Positions 48,550 to 58,875 of a stretch of 64,000 bases of DNA are shown here, one piece after another. The stretch is from assembly GCA_037446635.1 (NCBI GenBank), contig JBBIIG010000009.1:18294-82293 (forward strand). Reading direction: 5' to 3'. Within the stretch, counting starts at the first letter, position 1; each line of letters opens with the position of its first letter. The DNA comes from a bacterium (GTDB lineage Bacteria > Zhuqueibacterota > Zhuqueibacteria > Oceanimicrobiales > Oceanimicrobiaceae). The notes beneath the pieces are model-generated. The model had not been told where the DNA came from. It did not search any database and was given only the letters and a program-made list of their open reading frames with translations. A program made the translations under genes and the position numbers.

Positions 48550-50205
48550 TCAGTCGTAAAGCACTTCCAGCACAATGCCTTTGTAATAATGGGATAAAAT
48601 TTCGTCGAACTTTTTGCCGGAAGCCGCCATCATGGCCGCGCCCACCTGGCACATGCCCACGCCGTGGCCCCAGCCCGCGCCTTTGATGACAAAGCGCGCC
48701 GGCAAATCTTTCATCCCGCCTTCTTTTTTAAAATAGCAGGCAGCGCTGTAAAGAGTGGTTCGCGACAGCGCCTGGCGAATGGGCAGCTCGCGGCTGATGA
48801 CAAAACGCTTTTGGTCGCCCACCACCTCCAATTCCAACAGCCGCCCGGAGACGCCGCGTTTGCGGGGCACCAGATCCACCAACCGGCCGAAATTCTCGCC
48901 GGTTTTCTCGCGCAGAATGGTTTCCAATTCGGTTCGCTCGTACTTTACCTCCCAGCGAAAATATTTTTTGCTGTACTCCAGCGCCGGCGGCGGGTTGCCC
49001 TGCAAGGTGTTGCAATTGACGTCCGGCTTGCTGTCGATCCATTTGCGCACGTTGCTTTCTTCGTGAAGGGAATTGCTCAACCGCGAGTGGCGGCGCCGGC
49101 TATCCAGCACGCCGCTGAGGTAGGGCTTGGCGTCCATCAGCCAGACGTTTTCATTGCTCTCGGTGTGGCCGCCGCACACCGCCGCGTAAAACGCTTCGAT
49201 GATTTTTTTGCGATAGACCATAAAAATGCCGCGCGTACTTTCCACAGCGCTGCTGGCGGCCGGGGCGCGCCGCGACCGCCCGCTAAAAACCTGGCAGTGG
49301 ACATCGTCGCACAAATCGAACGCTTGCAGCGGGTGGCGCAATCCCGCTTTTGCCATCGCTTCCACCCGTGCGGCGATGGCCTGCGCCTTTAGCGCCTCGA
49401 ACGGAAACGCCGCCGGCATCTCCGAGGGCACAACGCCTTTGAGATACTCCTCCAGCGACAGCTCATTGACAACGGTGATCGCGCCGTGATCGTCCACAAA
49501 AAGTTCCACCACTCCACTGTACGAACGGGTCTCGCTGGACTCCCAGTGAAAGCCGCTGCCCACCTCCACCGCGGCAAGTTCGAGTTCGCCGGCGCGGAGG
49601 CGCAGCGGGCCGCCGCTGTCAAAACGGTAGTTGGTATCGAGGTTGGTGAGACGAAGCTCGCCCTCGGCTTTGCCGTCCGGCACGGCGACAATTTCCGAGC
49701 CGCTCTTGTCTCGAATGGAACTTTGAAAGAGGCGGGCGTCGGCTTCGGTTTTGAAATCTTTGTTGAGGATGACTTGATAGACGGTTTTGCCGAGATACGG
49801 CAGGTTGATCTCCGTCTTGCGAACGTAACGCTCCATGCGCGCTTCCAGGCCGAGATCGGCGAGGTAGCGCACCACGTTTTCCGCGGCAAAACGATCGCGT
49901 GAAGTGTTGAACGCCAGCCGGTATTTGAATTGCGCCGGTTTGCCGTCAATCACTTCCGCGCGCCAGCGCCCCGCGGGCAGATTGCGCATAGTAAAATTCG
50001 TCGCCGCGTTGACGGCGACGAAGCTTTCTTTAATTCGAAACTCCACCGCGGGCTTTTGCTCAAGGATGCCGATGCGAATCTCCGGCGGCCGGGCGCTGCC
50101 GTGTCTTGGCGGCGGCGCTTTGCACGTCAAAATTAAGTTGGAGATCAGCAGCGCGGTGAAGTAAGTCATGGTTTGCCATCGCCTTCTCGAAAGCGGTTTG
50201 TTCAT
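48550..50205 (-). CDS. SpoIID/LytB domain protein
   Basis: VNELSLEEYLKGVVPSEM, EALKAQA, CQVF, GWGHGVGMCQ.GA. Confidence 0.93.
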   Translation of the reverse strand: MNKPLSRRRWQTMTYFTALLISNLILTCKAPPPRHGSARPPEIRIGILEQKPAVEFRIKESFVAVNAATNFTMRNLPAGRWRAEVIDGKPAQFKYRLAFNTSRDRFAAENVVRYLADLGLEARMERYVRKTEINLPYLGKTVYQVILNKDFKTEADARLFQSSIRDKSGSEIVAVPDGKAEGELRLTNLDTNYRFDSGGPLRLRAGELELAAVEVGSGFHWESSETRSYSGVVELFVDDHGAITVVNELSLEEYLKGVVPSEMPAAFPFEALKAQAIAARVEAMAKAGLRHPLQAFDLCDDVHCQVFSGRSRRAPAASSAVESTRGIFMVYRKKIIEAFYAAVCGGHTESNENVWLMDAKPYLSGVLDSRRRHSRLSNSLHEESNVRKWIDSKPDVNCNTLQGNPPPALEYSKKYFRWEVKYERTELETILREKTGENFGRLVDLVPRKRGVSGRLLELEVVGDQKRFVISRELPIRQALSRTTLYSAACYFKKEGGMKDLPARFVIKGAGWGHGVGMCQVGAAMMAASGKKFDEILSHYYKGIVLEVLYD

Positions 50206-50213
50206 GTCTTCCG

Positions 50214-51107
50214 TCAGTTTAAGTATCCGAATTCCTTCAGCGCTTTTTCATCCCGCCGCCATTTTTCCCGCACCTTTACCCAAATTTCCAAGAAGACCGG
50301 CCGCCCCAACAAAAACTCGATCTCCTGCCGCGCTTCTTTGCCCACCTGTTTGAGCGCCGCGCCCTTGTTGCCGATCAGAATGCCTTTCTGCGTTCTGCGT
50401 TCAACGAAAACGATCGCGCGAATGAAATCTTTGCCGCCGGGATTTTCGCGAAACTCATCGATGATCACGTTGGTCGCGTAAGGAATCTCCTCGCCGTAGC
50501 GCTGAAAAATTTTTTCACGAACAATTTCGGCCACTAAAAAGCGCTCCGGATGATCCATGATCTGATCCGCGGAATAAAGCGGAACGCCGGCCGGCAGCGC
50601 CGCAATGATTTCGTTTTTTAATTCTTCCAGGCCGTCGCGTTTCAGCGCCGAAATGGGCACGATGGTGGGGATGTTTTTCGCGCTAAAAAATTCCATCAAC
50701 GGCAGCAGTTGATTTTTGGAAATCAGATCAACTTTGTTGATGGCCAAAATGATTTTTTCCGTCGCGGCGCGAATCTGATCCAAAAACGCCGCGTCCTCGG
50801 GATGAGGTTCGGGGGCGGCTTCCACCAGAAACAGCGCCAGATCGGCTTCCTGCAGCGCGCGCTGCGCCGCCCGCAACATCGCATCTTGAAGTTTATATTT
50901 TGGTTGAAGCAGTCCCGGCGTGTCGAAAAAAATGACCTGAAAATTATCTCCGCTCAGAATGCCGCGGATTTGATGGCGGGTGGTTTGAGGTTTCGCCGAG
51001 ACGGCCGACACTTTGAAATTCAGAAGATGATTGAGAAGAGTGGATTTGCCGACGTTCGGCCGCCCAACAATCGCAACGTATCCGACTTTAAAGCTTGGCG
51101 ATTCCAT
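50214..51107 (-). CDS. era: GTPase Era
   Basis: GRPNVGKSTL, QTTR, DTPG, NKVD, EEIPY, KH domain. Confidence 0.97.
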   Translation of the reverse strand: MESPSFKVGYVAIVGRPNVGKSTLLNHLLNFKVSAVSAKPQTTRHQIRGILSGDNFQVIFFDTPGLLQPKYKLQDAMLRAAQRALQEADLALFLVEAAPEPHPEDAAFLDQIRAATEKIILAINKVDLISKNQLLPLMEFFSAKNIPTIVPISALKRDGLEELKNEIIAALPAGVPLYSADQIMDHPERFLVAEIVREKIFQRYGEEIPYATNVIIDEFRENPGGKDFIRAIVFVERRTQKGILIGNKGAALKQVGKEARQEIEFLLGRPVFLEIWVKVREKWRRDEKALKEFGYLN

Positions 51108-51118
51108 AATCAGTCGTC

Positions 51119-51221
51119 AAAAGGCAAACGGCAGACGGCTAAGGTGATCCTCTCCTTTAAATTTCGCGATGGTCAGCATGAGTCGGTTTATCTCACGTCT
51201 GCCCTCTGCCTTCTGCCGTTT
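51119..51221. repeat. Heptamer-based inverted repeat
   Basis: AAAGGCA AACGGCA GACGGCT ... CTGCCCT CTGCCTT CTGCCGT. Confidence 0.55.
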
Positions 51222-51226
51222 CACGA

Positions 51227-52657
51227 TCAATACCCCTTTGCCGCAATCACCCGTTCTTTGGAGACGCCGCCGCAGAGAAGACATTTGCCATCCTCGATCT
51301 TGCGGTCGAGTGGAATGCAGCGAATGGTGGCTTTGGTCTCTTCCTGCAAGCGATCTTCACACGCCCGCTGGCCGCACCAGTGAATATAAAAAAATCCGCC
51401 CGGCTCTTCGATCTCTTTTTTGAATTGCTTGTAATCGTCGCAGACAAACGTATATTTCTCCCGAAATTCCAAAGCGCGCTGAAAAAGGTCGCGCTGGATG
51501 TTTTGCAAAGTTTGCTGAATGAAATTTTCGAGATCGTCGAAAGCGATAATTTGCTTTTCGCCGCTGTCGCGGCGGACGGCCACCACCTGCTGCTTGGCCA
51601 AATCCTTTGGACCCAGCTCGAGGCGCAGCGGCACGCCCTGCTGTTCCCACTCGTTGAATTTCCAGCCCGGACGGTAGGTGTCGCGATCATCGACTTTGAA
51701 GCTGAAATCGTTTTTCCAGTTTTTAGTGAGGGACGAAATTTGCGCAAGGATCGCCTCCTTCTCTTCGTCGCCGTGCCAGATGGGGACGATCACCACTTGA
51801 ATGGAGGCGAGTTTTGGCGGCAGCACCAGCCCCTGGTCATCGCTGTGGGCCATGATGAGCGCGCCCACCAGCCGCGTGGAAACGCCCCAACTGGTGGCCC
51901 AGACAAAATCGAGGGCGCCGTTTTCATCCTGAAACTGCACGTCGAAAGCGCGGGCGAAATTCTGCCCAAGATTGTGCGAGGTGCCGGCCTGCAGCGCCCG
52001 GCGATCCTGCATCATGCCTTCGATGCAGTAGGTGCGCACCGCGCCGGCGAAACGCTCCTTTTCGGTTTTCAAACCCGGGATAACCGGCAGCGCGAGATGT
52101 TCTTCTGCGAACGCACGATAAACGTCCAACATGCGCAGGGTTTCTTCTTCGGCTTCGGCTTCGGTGGCGTGGGCGGTGTGGCCTTCCTGCCACAGAAATT
52201 CCAGCGTCCGCAAAAACAGGCGGGTGCGCATTTCCCAGCGCACCACGTTCGCCCACTGGTTGATGAGCAGCGGCAGGTCGCGATACGATTGAATCCAGTT
52301 TTTGTACATCGACCAGATGATGGTTTCCGAGGTGGGGCGCACGACCAGCGGCTCTTCTAATTTTTTACCGCCGCCGTGGGTGACCACCGCGCATTCCGGC
52401 GCAAAGCCCTCCACGTGCTCGGCTTCTTTCTTCAAAAAACTTTCGGGGATGAAGAGCGGAAAGTAGGCGTTGACATGCCCGGTCTCTTTGAACATTTTGT
52501 CCAGCGCCGCCTGCATTTTTTCCCAAATGGCGAAGCCATTCGGGCGAATGACCATGCAGCCTTTGACCGGCGCGTAGTCCGCCAATTTCGCCGCGGTGAT
52601 GACATCCAAGTACCAGCGCGAATAATCCTGCGATCGTTTGGTGATGCCCTTAGCCAT
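51227..52657 (-). CDS. proS: Proline--tRNA ligase (archaeal/eukaryotic-like type)
   Basis: [45 protein letters not shown]-terminal Y. Confidence 0.97.
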   Translation of the reverse strand: MAKGITKRSQDYSRWYLDVITAAKLADYAPVKGCMVIRPNGFAIWEKMQAALDKMFKETGHVNAYFPLFIPESFLKKEAEHVEGFAPECAVVTHGGGKKLEEPLVVRPTSETIIWSMYKNWIQSYRDLPLLINQWANVVRWEMRTRLFLRTLEFLWQEGHTAHATEAEAEEETLRMLDVYRAFAEEHLALPVIPGLKTEKERFAGAVRTYCIEGMMQDRRALQAGTSHNLGQNFARAFDVQFQDENGALDFVWATSWGVSTRLVGALIMAHSDDQGLVLPPKLASIQVVIVPIWHGDEEKEAILAQISSLTKNWKNDFSFKVDDRDTYRPGWKFNEWEQQGVPLRLELGPKDLAKQQVVAVRRDSGEKQIIAFDDLENFIQQTLQNIQRDLFQRALEFREKYTFVCDDYKQFKKEIEEPGGFFYIHWCGQRACEDRLQEETKATIRCIPLDRKIEDGKCLLCGGVSKERVIAAKGY

Positions 52658-52685
52658 AATTTCCCTACTTTTTTATCGAACCAAG

Positions 52686-52855
52686 GGCTGTCCAAAAAGG
52701 TAGCTGTCAATGGCCTGCCTGTCCGCTTGGTGGATCCGCTTCGCGGACGCAGGCAGGCGAGCGCAGCAAAGCAATCTCATTCTGTGCTCAGATTATGAGA
52801 TTGCTTCGGCAAAAAACGCCTCGCCAAGACAATCCTTCTGCCCTTTTGGACAGCC
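52686..52855. mobile_element. 170-bp MITE-like element with nested palindromes
   Basis: 12-bp TIR GGCTGTCCAAAA/TTTTGGACAGCC flanked by 5-bp direct repeat CCAAG. Confidence 0.75.
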
Positions 52856-52935
52856 CCAAGAGATCCCTTCGCGTTTTTATCATCACGCCCCCACTGGCTT
52901 GAAGCCACCGGGATTCCTTTGCAATTCTATATAAC

Positions 52936-52960
52936 AAAAACCCCTATAAGAATAGGGGTT
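52936..52960 (-). terminator. Intrinsic terminator
   Basis: AACCCCTAT-AAGA-ATAGGGGTT with T-run on minus strand. Confidence 0.6.
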
Positions 52961-52991
52961 CACGAATTGATAAAATGACTGAACGTGCAAC

Positions 52992-53234
52992 TCATTCGCG
53001 ATCCAAATCTCTGAACTTGGGCTTAACTTTCCCCTTTTCTTTGATTCTTCTTTGCCGGCGCTGAAACATTTCCTCGTCTTCTTCCTCGAAGTATTTTTCC
53101 CAATATTTGCGATCGGAAGAGATGTTTTCTTCTTCCTGCGGATCGTCTTGAAACAAGTAGTCGTCCGCTTCGTTAAAAGCGTCTTCCCTCTCGGATTTTG
53201 TGTTATCCGGAGGTTTTTTATCCTTCTTGCTCAC
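52992..53234 (-). CDS. Small highly charged hypothetical protein
   Basis: 80 aa, GTG start, upstream TTGACA, downstream terminator. Confidence 0.55.
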   Translation of the reverse strand: MSKKDKKPPDNTKSEREDAFNEADDYLFQDDPQEEENISSDRKYWEKYFEEEDEEMFQRRQRRIKEKGKVKPKFRDLDRE

Positions 53235-53341
53235 AGCGAAAGTTGAAGATTGATTACATCAAAAAGGAAACCGTCGAAAGGCCTTCAAACAATGGCTGAA
53301 TATAGATATATAAATTTTATTTGTCAAGAAATTTCTCTGGC

Positions 53342-55690
53342 TCAATTTGGGGTGGGAATCAACAAGAACGACAGCGTCTTGTTTTCGCCGGCCTTGAGAT
53401 CGATGATTTGCGACGGCGGATCGCTGCGGAATCCCTGCTTGCGAATCTCGATGGTGTGCTGACCCGCGGGCAGCGAAAATTTGGTGGGCGCCATATTTTC
53501 CGGGCCGTCCCACAACCGCCCATTCACATAAACGAACGCATTACTTAAAGCCAGTGCATTTGAGAGCAAAACCGTAACACTGCCCCTTTGAGTGTCGCGC
53601 GCCACATGATTGAGCAGGTTGGCGCCGGCCAAATTCAAATCAACGTTGAGATGGGCTGGCCCGCCATTTTGAAGGGTAACGGCCCTCTTCCACTCCGCGT
53701 ATCCGCTGTGCACAACCTTGATCTCGTAAGCATGAGCCGGCGCTAAATTGGAAATAGTGATTTGGCCTTGACTGTTGGTTTTGCCTAAACGCTTGTCGTT
53801 GATATAGACTTCCGCACTTAATGGCTGTTGCGCACTGTGAACGAAAAGCCGCAGGGTGACGAAGTTCGAGGGAGCGCTCGGCGGTGATTGAGCGGAGACC
53901 TCGGATCGCGAGCCCGCCGACAAGGTCGCGATCTCTTTTTGCGGGGGCGTGCCACCGGACAATAAATCAGCGCCATCGCCGCTGCGATCAATTTGACGGT
54001 GCGCGGAGTCGGTAGGTTCACGCGCCGACCCTTTGTCTCCAACCAAGCCATTGGCTGTTTCTCCCATTGAGTCCTGGTCGGCGACGGCTGGCGCTTCGTT
54101 ATCGCGCTCAGACGCAGCCACCCTCTGAAGTTTTTGATACAGAATACTATTTTTGAAATTCGGCAAGCGGCGCGCCCACGGCAAATCGAGAAAAGAGAGA
54201 GTGATGTATATACCGATAAAAAGGGACATGGGAACCACAAGGAATTTGAACAGCAGCGCCGCGGCGCGGCCGTCTGTCCAAGCCCAATTAATGTTAATCG
54301 TCCTGGTGGTGGCAAACTCCTGGGTTTGTGTGGCGGTGGTCTCGCGGAAATCTTCGTCGTCTCTCGCCACCGCCACAGCTGTCTTGGTGGAGGGCGCGGG
54401 TGACTTAACGGCAGGCGCAGGATTCTTTTGCTGATTTTGAGAAACCACCGTTGTTTTTTGCTGAACGTTTGGCTTCGGCGCCGAGGCGACATTTTGTTTC
54501 GCCTGATGATTGGCAGCAGCTTTTTTATTGTCGGTTTGCTCTACTACCACCGCCAACGCCGGTGGTTTCGACTTTACCGCGGGCGCGACGCTGACGTGGT
54601 TCGCCGGCGGGTTAGGCGCCGAAACCACGGCGGCCATTTTGTTGGGCGCTTCCGGATTTGCCGGGGCTGGAACCACCTTTTCGGTTTTGGGAAGGATCGC
54701 GACACTGGCGTTCCCGCTAACGCTTGCGACTAATAAATCGTCTTCGAGTAAATCGGTTTTTTCTGAGTCAGAACCACCGCCCGGGTAAGCGTTAGCCGTT
54801 ACAAACGCTGGCGTATTGGGTTGGCTTCGAGAAATATGATTGGTTTGTGCTTGCGGCGGCGTGCTGGGAGTAATTCCCGCGAGAATGGCGGATTTAACGC
54901 GGGCGAAAACTTCCTGGAACTGCTCCAGACTCTGGCAGCGTCGCGCGGCCTCCGCCTCAAGCATTTCCAGGATGAGGCCGTCAACCAGCTCGGGAAGTTC
55001 TAAACGCTGCAAGCTGGGCGGGATAGCGGAAATTTTCGGCACTAAATTTAAAAATTCCGAATACGAAAGTTGCGGCCAGGGCAAGGCCCCGGTGATGATT
55101 CGGTAAAATAAAACTCCGAGGGAGTAAACGTCACTGCGCTGGTCGATGGCTTGGCCGGCGATGAACTCGGGCGCATAATACGGCAACGTTGATTCTAATT
55201 TCAGCTCTTTCTTTTGGATGAGCAAGTGAATGAAGGCATCAAACCCGAAGTCTGAAATGTTGACCGAGCTCAGCGCTTCGTCCACAAAAATAGATTGCGG
55301 CGTGAGCACGCCGTGAACTTTTCCGGCAAGATGCAGTTGGCGCAGGAGGTTGGCAATTTTCTCGATAAGATTGACGGCGTCCAAAATATGCAGCAGGCGT
55401 CTTTTTTCCAACACCTGTTCCAGCGGCGTGAGCTTGAAATATTCGAAAACGATATAATGCGCCCCATCTTCTTCGCCGTGTTCCAAAGCTTGCAGCGGAG
55501 CATTTTCAAGCTGGCGCAGTTTTTCCGCGCCGTTGTGGAAAGCTTGCACCAAATCGGACTGGCTGGCAAAATTAGGGTGCAGAATCTTAATGATGACCGC
55601 TCTTTCCAAATCAGTGGTGTTCGCGAGGTACGTGCTGCCGATCACGTCCTCGCGGAGCTGGTTGCCGATCTGGTATTCTTTTATGTACAT
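53342..55690 (-). CDS. Membrane Ser/Thr kinase-like protein (probable pseudokinase) with PEGA domains
   Basis: VIIKIL, DFG, YYAPE, DQRSDVYSLG; low-complexity linker; single TM; two PEGA-like repeats. Confidence 0.85.
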   Translation of the reverse strand: MYIKEYQIGNQLREDVIGSTYLANTTDLERAVIIKILHPNFASQSDLVQAFHNGAEKLRQLENAPLQALEHGEEDGAHYIVFEYFKLTPLEQVLEKRRLLHILDAVNLIEKIANLLRQLHLAGKVHGVLTPQSIFVDEALSSVNISDFGFDAFIHLLIQKKELKLESTLPYYAPEFIAGQAIDQRSDVYSLGVLFYRIITGALPWPQLSYSEFLNLVPKISAIPPSLQRLELPELVDGLILEMLEAEAARRCQSLEQFQEVFARVKSAILAGITPSTPPQAQTNHISRSQPNTPAFVTANAYPGGGSDSEKTDLLEDDLLVASVSGNASVAILPKTEKVVPAPANPEAPNKMAAVVSAPNPPANHVSVAPAVKSKPPALAVVVEQTDNKKAAANHQAKQNVASAPKPNVQQKTTVVSQNQQKNPAPAVKSPAPSTKTAVAVARDDEDFRETTATQTQEFATTRTININWAWTDGRAAALLFKFLVVPMSLFIGIYITLSFLDLPWARRLPNFKNSILYQKLQRVAASERDNEAPAVADQDSMGETANGLVGDKGSAREPTDSAHRQIDRSGDGADLLSGGTPPQKEIATLSAGSRSEVSAQSPPSAPSNFVTLRLFVHSAQQPLSAEVYINDKRLGKTNSQGQITISNLAPAHAYEIKVVHSGYAEWKRAVTLQNGGPAHLNVDLNLAGANLLNHVARDTQRGSVTVLLSNALALSNAFVYVNGRLWDGPENMAPTKFSLPAGQHTIEIRKQGFRSDPPSQIIDLKAGENKTLSFLLIPTPN

Positions 55691-55773
55691 GTTATGACGA
55701 AAACAAACAAAGGTGGACTATGGTGTAATTTCTAATCGAAAGTTTTAAGTTTTAACAACTTTTGGGTTAAGGC

Positions 55774-55802
55774 TTGACAAGAGATTATAAATGTTGTATA
55801 AT
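55774..55802 (+). promoter_or_regulatory. Consensus sigma70 promoter with no downstream sense gene
   Basis: TTGACA-17-TATAAT. Confidence 0.75.
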
Positions 55803-55846
55803 TAGACCGGTTTTACAATCAAACTTTCTAAGAAGAATTTACCCAT
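55802..55846 (-). CDS. Candidate 14-aa peptide MGKFFLESLIVKPV
   Basis: GGAGGTGG SD 6 nt before ATG; antisense to the candidate sRNA. Confidence 0.35.
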   Translation of the reverse strand: MGKFFLESLIVKPV

Positions 55847-55903
55847 ATACCACCACCTCCAAAGAAGCTCGTCATGCTAAACGTGTGACGAGCTTTTCTT
55901 TTT
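55809..55903 (+). ncRNA. Candidate small RNA with CCACCUCC motif
   Basis: Bounded by the consensus promoter and terminator AAGCTCGTCA..TGACGAGCTT-TTCTTTTT. Confidence 0.5.
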
Positions 55904-55974
55904 CCCTCCATAAAGGCAAGCAAGTATGTTGACATCCATTTATTACTACCAACAAAATGATGAATTTGCCAAAT

Positions 55975-58875
55975 TCATTTGATGAACAACATCTTGTGCG
56001 TTTGTACAAATCCTCCTGCCCGCAATTGGTAGAGATAGACCCCGCTGGCAACAATTTCGCCCGCGGCGTTGGCGCCATCCCACTGGACGCTGTGAAACCC
56101 CGCCGCCTGCCGCGCCTTCACCAGCGTGCGAATTTTCTGACCTAGTAAATTATAAACCGTCAACTCGACCTCAGCGGCTTGCGCCAAGTCGTAGCGAATT
56201 TCCGTCGTCGGGTTGAAGGGGTTGGGATAATTTTGCAGCAGCGCAAATTTGGTGGGGATGCCCGGCGCGCCCGGATCTTCCACGTCGGTAATAAGCTGAC
56301 TCCAAAAAACCTGAGCCGCGGTAGCGGTGCTCTGCAGCTCCACCAGGGAATTAGCCGCCAATAATGCGTAATCCAAAGTGATGGATTGAGAGGGCGGAAT
56401 GGAGAAGGGGCCGTTGGCGATCACGTGCGAGACGTCGGCGGGGCCGGCAAAGGTGGCCGAAAGCCCGCTGCTCAGAGCCTGCCATTTTTCGGCGTCGGTG
56501 AAACCGTTGCTGTCGTTGATGGTCAAATTGTTGATGGCGCGGTAATGAATGTTGGCCGTTCCCAACGACATCGCACCAACAAAGGTATTGCTATGTGACA
56601 CAATGCCCATCCTCCTAACCGCATCATAAGAGGCCTGGTTTTGGAAAACCTCTTGCGGGGTGCCGAGATCCCAATCAAAAAAAAGTCCAAAGTGAAAGTT
56701 CGCCAGTGTGCTCTGACCTGAGTTTTGAATGGTGTAGCGCAATAAGATAAAATTATCGTTGGGGGCGGCGCTCATCGCAAAGCTCTCTTGAGTGATTCGC
56801 AAATTCATCGGGGTGTTCGAAAGCACGTCTTCAAAGATGGTAAAACTTTCTTGATCGGTTATAGCGCCGGGGGTGATAATTCGCAATGGCCCGTCGTTGG
56901 CGGTTACAAAATCGCGGTCGAAGACATGGCCGCCGGTCTCGCCAATTCCCCGGGCGGCATTAGAAATAATAGAGGGACCGGTGCCCGCCAAAATCGCGCC
57001 TTCGAAAAGCAAATTGGGACCGCGATTGAATGAAAAACCAAAGCCATCGGTGGGCTCATCGGCCTCGGTGGTTGCAAAGCCAATTCGCCCGATTCCGGTC
57101 AGTGAAAGAGTTATATTATTGATATTGGCATTCTCGAACAACGGCTGCACCACCAAAGTAAAGCGCTCTCTATCCTGATAATCGCCGCTGGCGATCCGCA
57201 ACACAAAGTTGAGCTGGCGGCCGCTGGGAGCGCTGCTGGTGGTGCGGATAGAAAAAGACAACGGCGAGGCGGTTGTTTCTAATGTGCCTAAGGATGCAAT
57301 GTTGGCGCTATTGCTGGTGATGGAAACAAATGGGTCGTTTTCCTCCAACGTCAAACTAATATTGGAAGCGGGCGCCAGGAAATTGGTCAGGTTGAGGAGC
57401 ACCTCCACGGTTTCATTTCTTTCGATGACGCCGTTGCCGTTGGCGTCGATGAAGCGAACATCTGCGATTCGGATAGAGGGGGTGGTGACCGTCACCGCTT
57501 TCAGGGCGTTGACGCGGCCGCTGCCCATTTGGTTCTCGAAACCGGGATTGGCCGCATCGGTGTTATCCGCAGTTGCGCGCACCTGTTCCGCTGCCTGAAC
57601 ATTCGTCCAGTCGGGATGCAGCGTTTTCACCAGCGCAACCACCCCGGCGACATGCGGAGAGGCCATCGACGTGCCGCTAAAAATGCCGGTGGCGCCATTG
57701 TGAAAGGTGCTGCGAATGGTCTGGCCGGGGGCGGCGAGATCAACCGTGGGGCCGAAATTGGAGAAATCCGCTTTTTTAAGATCACCGGTGGCCAGGTCGC
57801 CGGTAGCGGCGACCGAAAACACATTTTTATACGATGAGGGAAAATGCGGTGCCGAGGAACTTTCGTTGCCAGCCGCCGCCACTATGACCGACCCTAAACT
57901 CGTGGCATAATCGATAATATCCTGCTCGAAAAGGGAAGGGGCGCCGCCGCCGCCCCAACTGAGGTTGATGATATCCGCGCCGTTTTCCGCCGCATAAATA
58001 ATCCCAGCGTAACCGAAACCAATAACATTATCTTGCCCATCGACCGCAGCATTGATCGGCATCAGCTTGGCGTTCCACGAGACGCCAGCCACCTGATTGC
58101 TGTTGTCGCTCACCGCACTCACAATTCCCCCCACGTGTGAGCCGTGGTTGGCGCTGGTGGGCGTGCTGGACAGCCCGCTGGGATCGTTGCTGTTGTTGGC
58201 AAAGTTCCACCCTTGAAAATCATCGACAAAGCCGTTGTTGTCGTCGTCAATGTTGTTGCTTTCCCGGCCGCTGCCGGATTCGCCGGGGTTGCGCCAGATA
58301 TTGGCGGCGAGATCGCCGTGATCAACATCGGTGCCGCCGTCCACTACCGCCACCACCACGTTCCCCTGTTCCCCTTTCACCACGTCCCAGGCCGCCTGCG
58401 CTTGAATCACCTGAAAATTGAATTGCTGAGAAAAAAGCGGATCATTGGGAGTAGCCGTCAGCCGGTAAACTCGCAAGGGCTCGGCGTATTCCACCAGCGG
58501 GTGATATTTAAACGCCCGGGCGACGCTCAGCGGCGATTCGCCGCCGTTGAAGTAAACGTAATAAATATTCTCGATGCCTGCGGACGCCATCCCCTTCCCG
58601 AGCCGTGATTTGCCTTTGCTCACCCGCTCGAGCCGGGCGACATTATTTGATCCGAGAAGGGCATCAAACGAGGCCACCCCGGTTTTGGAAAGCCGACCCC
58701 CGAACGTTTGCCCCGGTTTGAATTTGATCACAATTTTATTTGGGAGGTATTCTCCGCCGCTGCTTTCAGCTTTGGAAAACGAGCTCGCGCCGGTTCCAAA
58801 ACTGAAACCAGCTCTCGCAATCAAAACAGAAAACACAACCAAAACGGTCGCGCGGACAAAGTTAGGCTTTGACAT
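55975..58875 (-). CDS. Secreted S8 (subtilisin-like) peptidase with C-terminal sorting/FlgD-Ig domain
   Basis: VAVVDGG, HGSHVGG, AAGN, GTSMASPHVAG; QNYPNPFNPTT CTD. Confidence 0.93.
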   Translation of the reverse strand: MSKPNFVRATVLVVFSVLIARAGFSFGTGASSFSKAESSGGEYLPNKIVIKFKPGQTFGGRLSKTGVASFDALLGSNNVARLERVSKGKSRLGKGMASAGIENIYYVYFNGGESPLSVARAFKYHPLVEYAEPLRVYRLTATPNDPLFSQQFNFQVIQAQAAWDVVKGEQGNVVVAVVDGGTDVDHGDLAANIWRNPGESGSGRESNNIDDDNNGFVDDFQGWNFANNSNDPSGLSSTPTSANHGSHVGGIVSAVSDNSNQVAGVSWNAKLMPINAAVDGQDNVIGFGYAGIIYAAENGADIINLSWGGGGAPSLFEQDIIDYATSLGSVIVAAAGNESSSAPHFPSSYKNVFSVAATGDLATGDLKKADFSNFGPTVDLAAPGQTIRSTFHNGATGIFSGTSMASPHVAGVVALVKTLHPDWTNVQAAEQVRATADNTDAANPGFENQMGSGRVNALKAVTVTTPSIRIADVRFIDANGNGVIERNETVEVLLNLTNFLAPASNISLTLEENDPFVSITSNSANIASLGTLETTASPLSFSIRTTSSAPSGRQLNFVLRIASGDYQDRERFTLVVQPLFENANINNITLSLTGIGRIGFATTEADEPTDGFGFSFNRGPNLLFEGAILAGTGPSIISNAARGIGETGGHVFDRDFVTANDGPLRIITPGAITDQESFTIFEDVLSNTPMNLRITQESFAMSAAPNDNFILLRYTIQNSGQSTLANFHFGLFFDWDLGTPQEVFQNQASYDAVRRMGIVSHSNTFVGAMSLGTANIHYRAINNLTINDSNGFTDAEKWQALSSGLSATFAGPADVSHVIANGPFSIPPSQSITLDYALLAANSLVELQSTATAAQVFWSQLITDVEDPGAPGIPTKFALLQNYPNPFNPTTEIRYDLAQAAEVELTVYNLLGQKIRTLVKARQAAGFHSVQWDGANAAGEIVASGVYLYQLRAGGFVQTHKMLFIK

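Noticed and set aside
46244..52360. Long antisense ORFs (e.g. 46244-47338, 51380-52360; also 14924-15817, 20071-20901)
   Set aside because: They mirror well-supported genes on the opposite strand and have no recognisable motifs; expected from GC-rich codon usage
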